Assembly: GCA_963840975.1 (NCBI GenBank)
Contig: CAWJBC010000002.1
Coordinates: forward strand, 580,253-644,252
Direction: 5' to 3'
Source: an uncultured Bacteroidales bacterium
Lineage (GTDB): Bacteria; Bacteroidota; Bacteroidia; Bacteroidales; JAADJA01
Length of the DNA: 64,000 nt
A program made the translations under genes and the position numbers. The notes beneath the pieces are model-generated. The model was not told the DNA's origin. It saw nothing but the letters and a program-made list of their open reading frames with translations, and did not search any database. Below, piece after piece: positions 61,271 to 64,000 of this stretch; the stretch's first letter is position 1, and the number at the start of each line of letters is the position of its first letter.

Positions 61271-61978
61271 TTGAAAGCTAGTACTGTATTAAATCAACTA
61301 AAAAACAAATTAATTGTTTCTTGTCAGGCAGAGGGTGATTCCCCGTTTAATTCACCTGAAGGAGTAGCAATGTTTGCTTTAACAGCTCAAATGGGTGGAG
61401 CCGGGGGAATCCGTTCCGAAGGGATTGAAAAAACCAAGAAAATAAAATCAATAGTTAATTTGCCCGTTATAGGGATGATCAAGAATGCCTATCCTGATGG
61501 CCTGGTGAGAATTACACGGACTTTTGAAGAATTGGAATCATTAATCGGTATCGGGGTGGATTTAATTGCAATTGACGGTACCTTCAGAAATGTCGGAGGA
61601 ATAAACGGCCCGGATTTTATAGGCATGTGCAAAGAAAAACACCCTGAAATCTGTATCATAGCAGATATAGCCCAAACAAACGAAGCCCTGGCTTGTATTG
61701 AAAATGGAGCCGATGCAATTTCATCCACATTGCGCGGATACACTCCAGAAACAGCACATGAGCCTTCTCACGTTCCCAATTTCCAACTTATTCAGGATTT
61801 ATGCAACAGGATTAAAGGAGTGCCTGTAATCGCTGAAGGGAAAATCAACACACCAGAATATGCTTCAAAAATAATGGGAATGGGCGTCTGGAGTATTGTA
61901 GTAGGCTCAGCCATTACCCGTCCGCATATAATTACTAAATGGTACAATGAATCAATGAACAACGCATTAAATAACTAA
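61271..61978 (+). CDS. nanE: N-acetylmannosamine-6-phosphate 2-epimerase
   Basis: 'LIVSCQA...P', 'GGAGGIR', 'IGMIK' and 'DGT' are typical NanE blocks. TTG start. Confidence 0.8.
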   Translation: MKASTVLNQLKNKLIVSCQAEGDSPFNSPEGVAMFALTAQMGGAGGIRSEGIEKTKKIKSIVNLPVIGMIKNAYPDGLVRITRTFEELESLIGIGVDLIAIDGTFRNVGGINGPDFIGMCKEKHPEICIIADIAQTNEALACIENGADAISSTLRGYTPETAHEPSHVPNFQLIQDLCNRIKGVPVIAEGKINTPEYASKIMGMGVWSIVVGSAITRPHIITKWYNESMNNALNN

Positions 61979-61986
61979 GAAAAGAG

Positions 61987-63033
61987 ATGAATATTAAATT
62001 GTCAAATGGAAGAATTATTGGCGATGGCGCACCCGCATATATCATTGCCGAGGTCGGTATCAACCACAATGGAGATTTTAATCTTGCAAAAAAAATGATA
62101 GAGGTTGCGGCCGGAACAGGCGTCGATGCAGTGAAATTTCAAAAACGTACCATCGATGAGATGTATACAAAAAAATTCCTCGAACAGCCGTATAATAAGT
62201 ACTATTCCTTTGGCACCACCTATGGTGAACATAAAAAATTCCTTGAATTCAGCAATGAGCAATTTTTTGAGCTTAAAGACCATGCTGCTAAATATAACCT
62301 TGATTTTATTGTCAGTGGATTTGATTTTACCGGTTTCGATTTTATTGAGAACCAGCTGGATGTTCAGATGCATAAAATCGCGTCCCCGTTTATCACCCAT
62401 TATCCCCTTCTTAAACAAGTCGCCGGTTACGGAAAACCAATGATTGTCTCTACAGGAATGCATCATTTTGATGAAATCAGAGCGGCCATTAATTACATCA
62501 GGCAATTTAACAATGACATTATTTTGTTTCAGGCCACAACCCTTTATCCCTGCCCTGAAGAACTGGTCAATCTGAATGTAATTAAAACCTTTCGGAAGGA
62601 ATTGAATGTTCTGGTTGGTTATTCATCACACGACAAAGGCGTGATATTGCCAGCCGCATCAGTTGGATTGGGTGCATGTATGATTGAAAAGCACTTTACG
62701 CTGGATCGTACCCTGAATGGACCCGACCATGCAGCATCGGTCGAGCCCAGGGGCATGGAAATGATTGTAAAATACGCACATTTGATAGAAAAAGGAATGG
62801 GCGGCGGAATTAAAGTATTGAATAAGGAAGAAGAGGAACAGCGTATAAAATATGGTGTATCTATAGTTACCCGCAATTCTTTAATAAAAGGGCAGGTTAT
62901 CAGCACAAATAATTTGACAGTAAAATGCCCGGGAGGTGGTATTTCGCCGGTACATTTTGATGATTTGGTCGGAAAAAAAACAACCAGGGATATTTCAACT
63001 GATGAGATACTCTACGACGGAGATGTGGAATAA
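61987..63033 (+). CDS. neuB: N-acetylneuraminate (nonulosonate) synthase
   Basis: 'YIIAEVGINHNGD...A', 'DAVKFQK', 'IASP', 'GYSSHD' and 'EKHFTLDR' motifs. The C-terminal domain is SAF-like. Confidence 0.9.
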   Translation: MNIKLSNGRIIGDGAPAYIIAEVGINHNGDFNLAKKMIEVAAGTGVDAVKFQKRTIDEMYTKKFLEQPYNKYYSFGTTYGEHKKFLEFSNEQFFELKDHAAKYNLDFIVSGFDFTGFDFIENQLDVQMHKIASPFITHYPLLKQVAGYGKPMIVSTGMHHFDEIRAAINYIRQFNNDIILFQATTLYPCPEELVNLNVIKTFRKELNVLVGYSSHDKGVILPAASVGLGACMIEKHFTLDRTLNGPDHAASVEPRGMEMIVKYAHLIEKGMGGGIKVLNKEEEEQRIKYGVSIVTRNSLIKGQVISTNNLTVKCPGGGISPVHFDDLVGKKTTRDISTDEILYDGDVE

Positions 63034-63132
63034 TCATTGATTTCTTAAAATAGTACAGAATAGTTTTTTTTTGGAATGAATTTATTTATATCAACCGTAA
63101 ATATTACCAGTATAAGTCAATATTGATAAATC

Positions 63133-63735
63133 ATGAAAGACTTTGTTAAATTTCTTTCCCATAAAACGTTTTCACCAATTGAAATTCCGGAAGATATTAT
63201 TCATGCAGCCTTCAGGTTAACGGTTGAAGATAATCAATATCATTTTCCGGCAATAGGCGAAAATGCTGTTCATGAATCTATCATTCGCAATGGGGATGAA
63301 TTACCTGTTTTTTTGTACCGGCTGGGAACGCTGGTGAGAAGTAGCAATATCTCCCAAAAGGAAATTGCCCTGCGTATGCTTCATGGCATAATGAAAGAAG
63401 TGTGTTCCTGTGAAGTCTATTTTAACAATTATATTGGACGGGGGTTTTTAATTGTTCATGGCGAAGGAACCGTTATTGGAAGCAGAAATACCATCGGAAA
63501 GGGTTTTATCATTCACCAGGGTTGTACAATCGGACATAAAAAGAATGGCATGGGAAAGCCCAGCGGACAGGGGTGCCAAATAGGAAACAATGTGACTATG
63601 TATGTTAATTCCACGATCATCGGTGAATTAGAAATAGGAGATAATGTTGTTATCGGTGCCCATACCCTGGTTAAGGAAAACATACCGGCTAACGCCAGGG
63701 TAATAAACAGGGTTAACCAGGAGATAATTCTCTGA
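63133..63735 (+). CDS. Serine-acetyltransferase-like hexapeptide O-acetyltransferase
   Basis: A helical N-domain is followed by 'LIVHGEGTVIGSRNTIGKGFIIHQGCTIG...IGNNVTMYVNSTIIGELEIGDNVVIGAHTLV'. Confidence 0.7.
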   Translation: MKDFVKFLSHKTFSPIEIPEDIIHAAFRLTVEDNQYHFPAIGENAVHESIIRNGDELPVFLYRLGTLVRSSNISQKEIALRMLHGIMKEVCSCEVYFNNYIGRGFLIVHGEGTVIGSRNTIGKGFIIHQGCTIGHKKNGMGKPSGQGCQIGNNVTMYVNSTIIGELEIGDNVVIGAHTLVKENIPANARVINRVNQEIIL

Positions 63736-63743
63736 AACAAAAT

Positions 63744-64000
63744 ATGGATAAGGAAACAAAAATATTGGGTATAATTCCCGCACGGGGTGGCTCAAAAGGA
63801 ATTCCTCATAAGAATATCAAAATTATGGCGGATAAGCCGCTGATCGTGCATACAATAGCAACGGCAATAAGAAGCCGGTATATTGATCATCTCATCATCA
63901 GCACCGATTCTTCTGAAATTGCTTCCATTGCGAAGCAATATGGAGGGGACGTGCCATTTTTACGCCCTTCTGAATTTTCTTCGGATCAGTCTCGCGCAAT
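63744..64000 (+). CDS. neuA: CMP-N-acylneuraminate synthetase (acylneuraminate cytidylyltransferase), 3' end outside the window
   Basis: My translation from the ATG at 63744 reads 'MDKETKILGIIPARGGSKGIPHKNIK.MADKPLI.HTI'. This is the CTP-transferase-3 signature. The frame is open to the window end. Confidence 0.85.
   Translation, partial: MDKETKILGIIPARGGSKGIPHKNIKIMADKPLIVHTIATAIRSRYIDHLIISTDSSEIASIAKQYGGDVPFLRPSEFSSDQSRA

Overview
AT-rich chromosomal window that looks Bacteroidota-like: it has a T9SS C-terminal sorting domain, a UpxY/NusG-like antiterminator and TAnnTTTG -7 boxes. I found no rRNA, tRNA, CRISPR, integrase or transposase. 1-31 kb is mostly housekeeping (rlmI, lutB, rpiB, nadA, mlaEF, cvpA, pgk, trkAH, waaA) plus a minus-strand operon of secreted T9SS-cargo-type proteins and a stand-alone class III cyclase-like gene. 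31-64 kb is a large surface-polysaccharide region that runs off the window. It holds Wbp-like UDP-2,3-diacetamido-2,3-dideoxy-hexuronate genes, galE, rfbB, a Wza/Wzc export pair, cysC-cysD-cysN (PAPS), an epimerase, UpxY, wbpB, a Dlt-like acylation module and NanE-NeuB-acetyltransferase-NeuA. An all-plus-strand accessory island at about 45.4-55.7 kb interrupts this region. The island carries a wHTH regulator, three nucleotidyltransferase-based toxin-antitoxin-like modules, three tandem AlbA_2/Schlafen-HATPase_c_4-wHTH paralogues and a DUF4258/DUF2283 pair. Its genes are separated by three intergenic repeat families, the main one a 134-bp unit present as three tandem dimers. This repeat-delimited island is my best candidate for something undescribed. 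Many conserved genes carry frame breaks, often at homopolymers and heavily concentrated at 55.7-61.2 kb. These could be sequencing artefact or real decay. Family names come from motif recognition by eye, with no database search. Hand-derived coordinates for motifs, repeats and frameshift sites may be off by a few nt.
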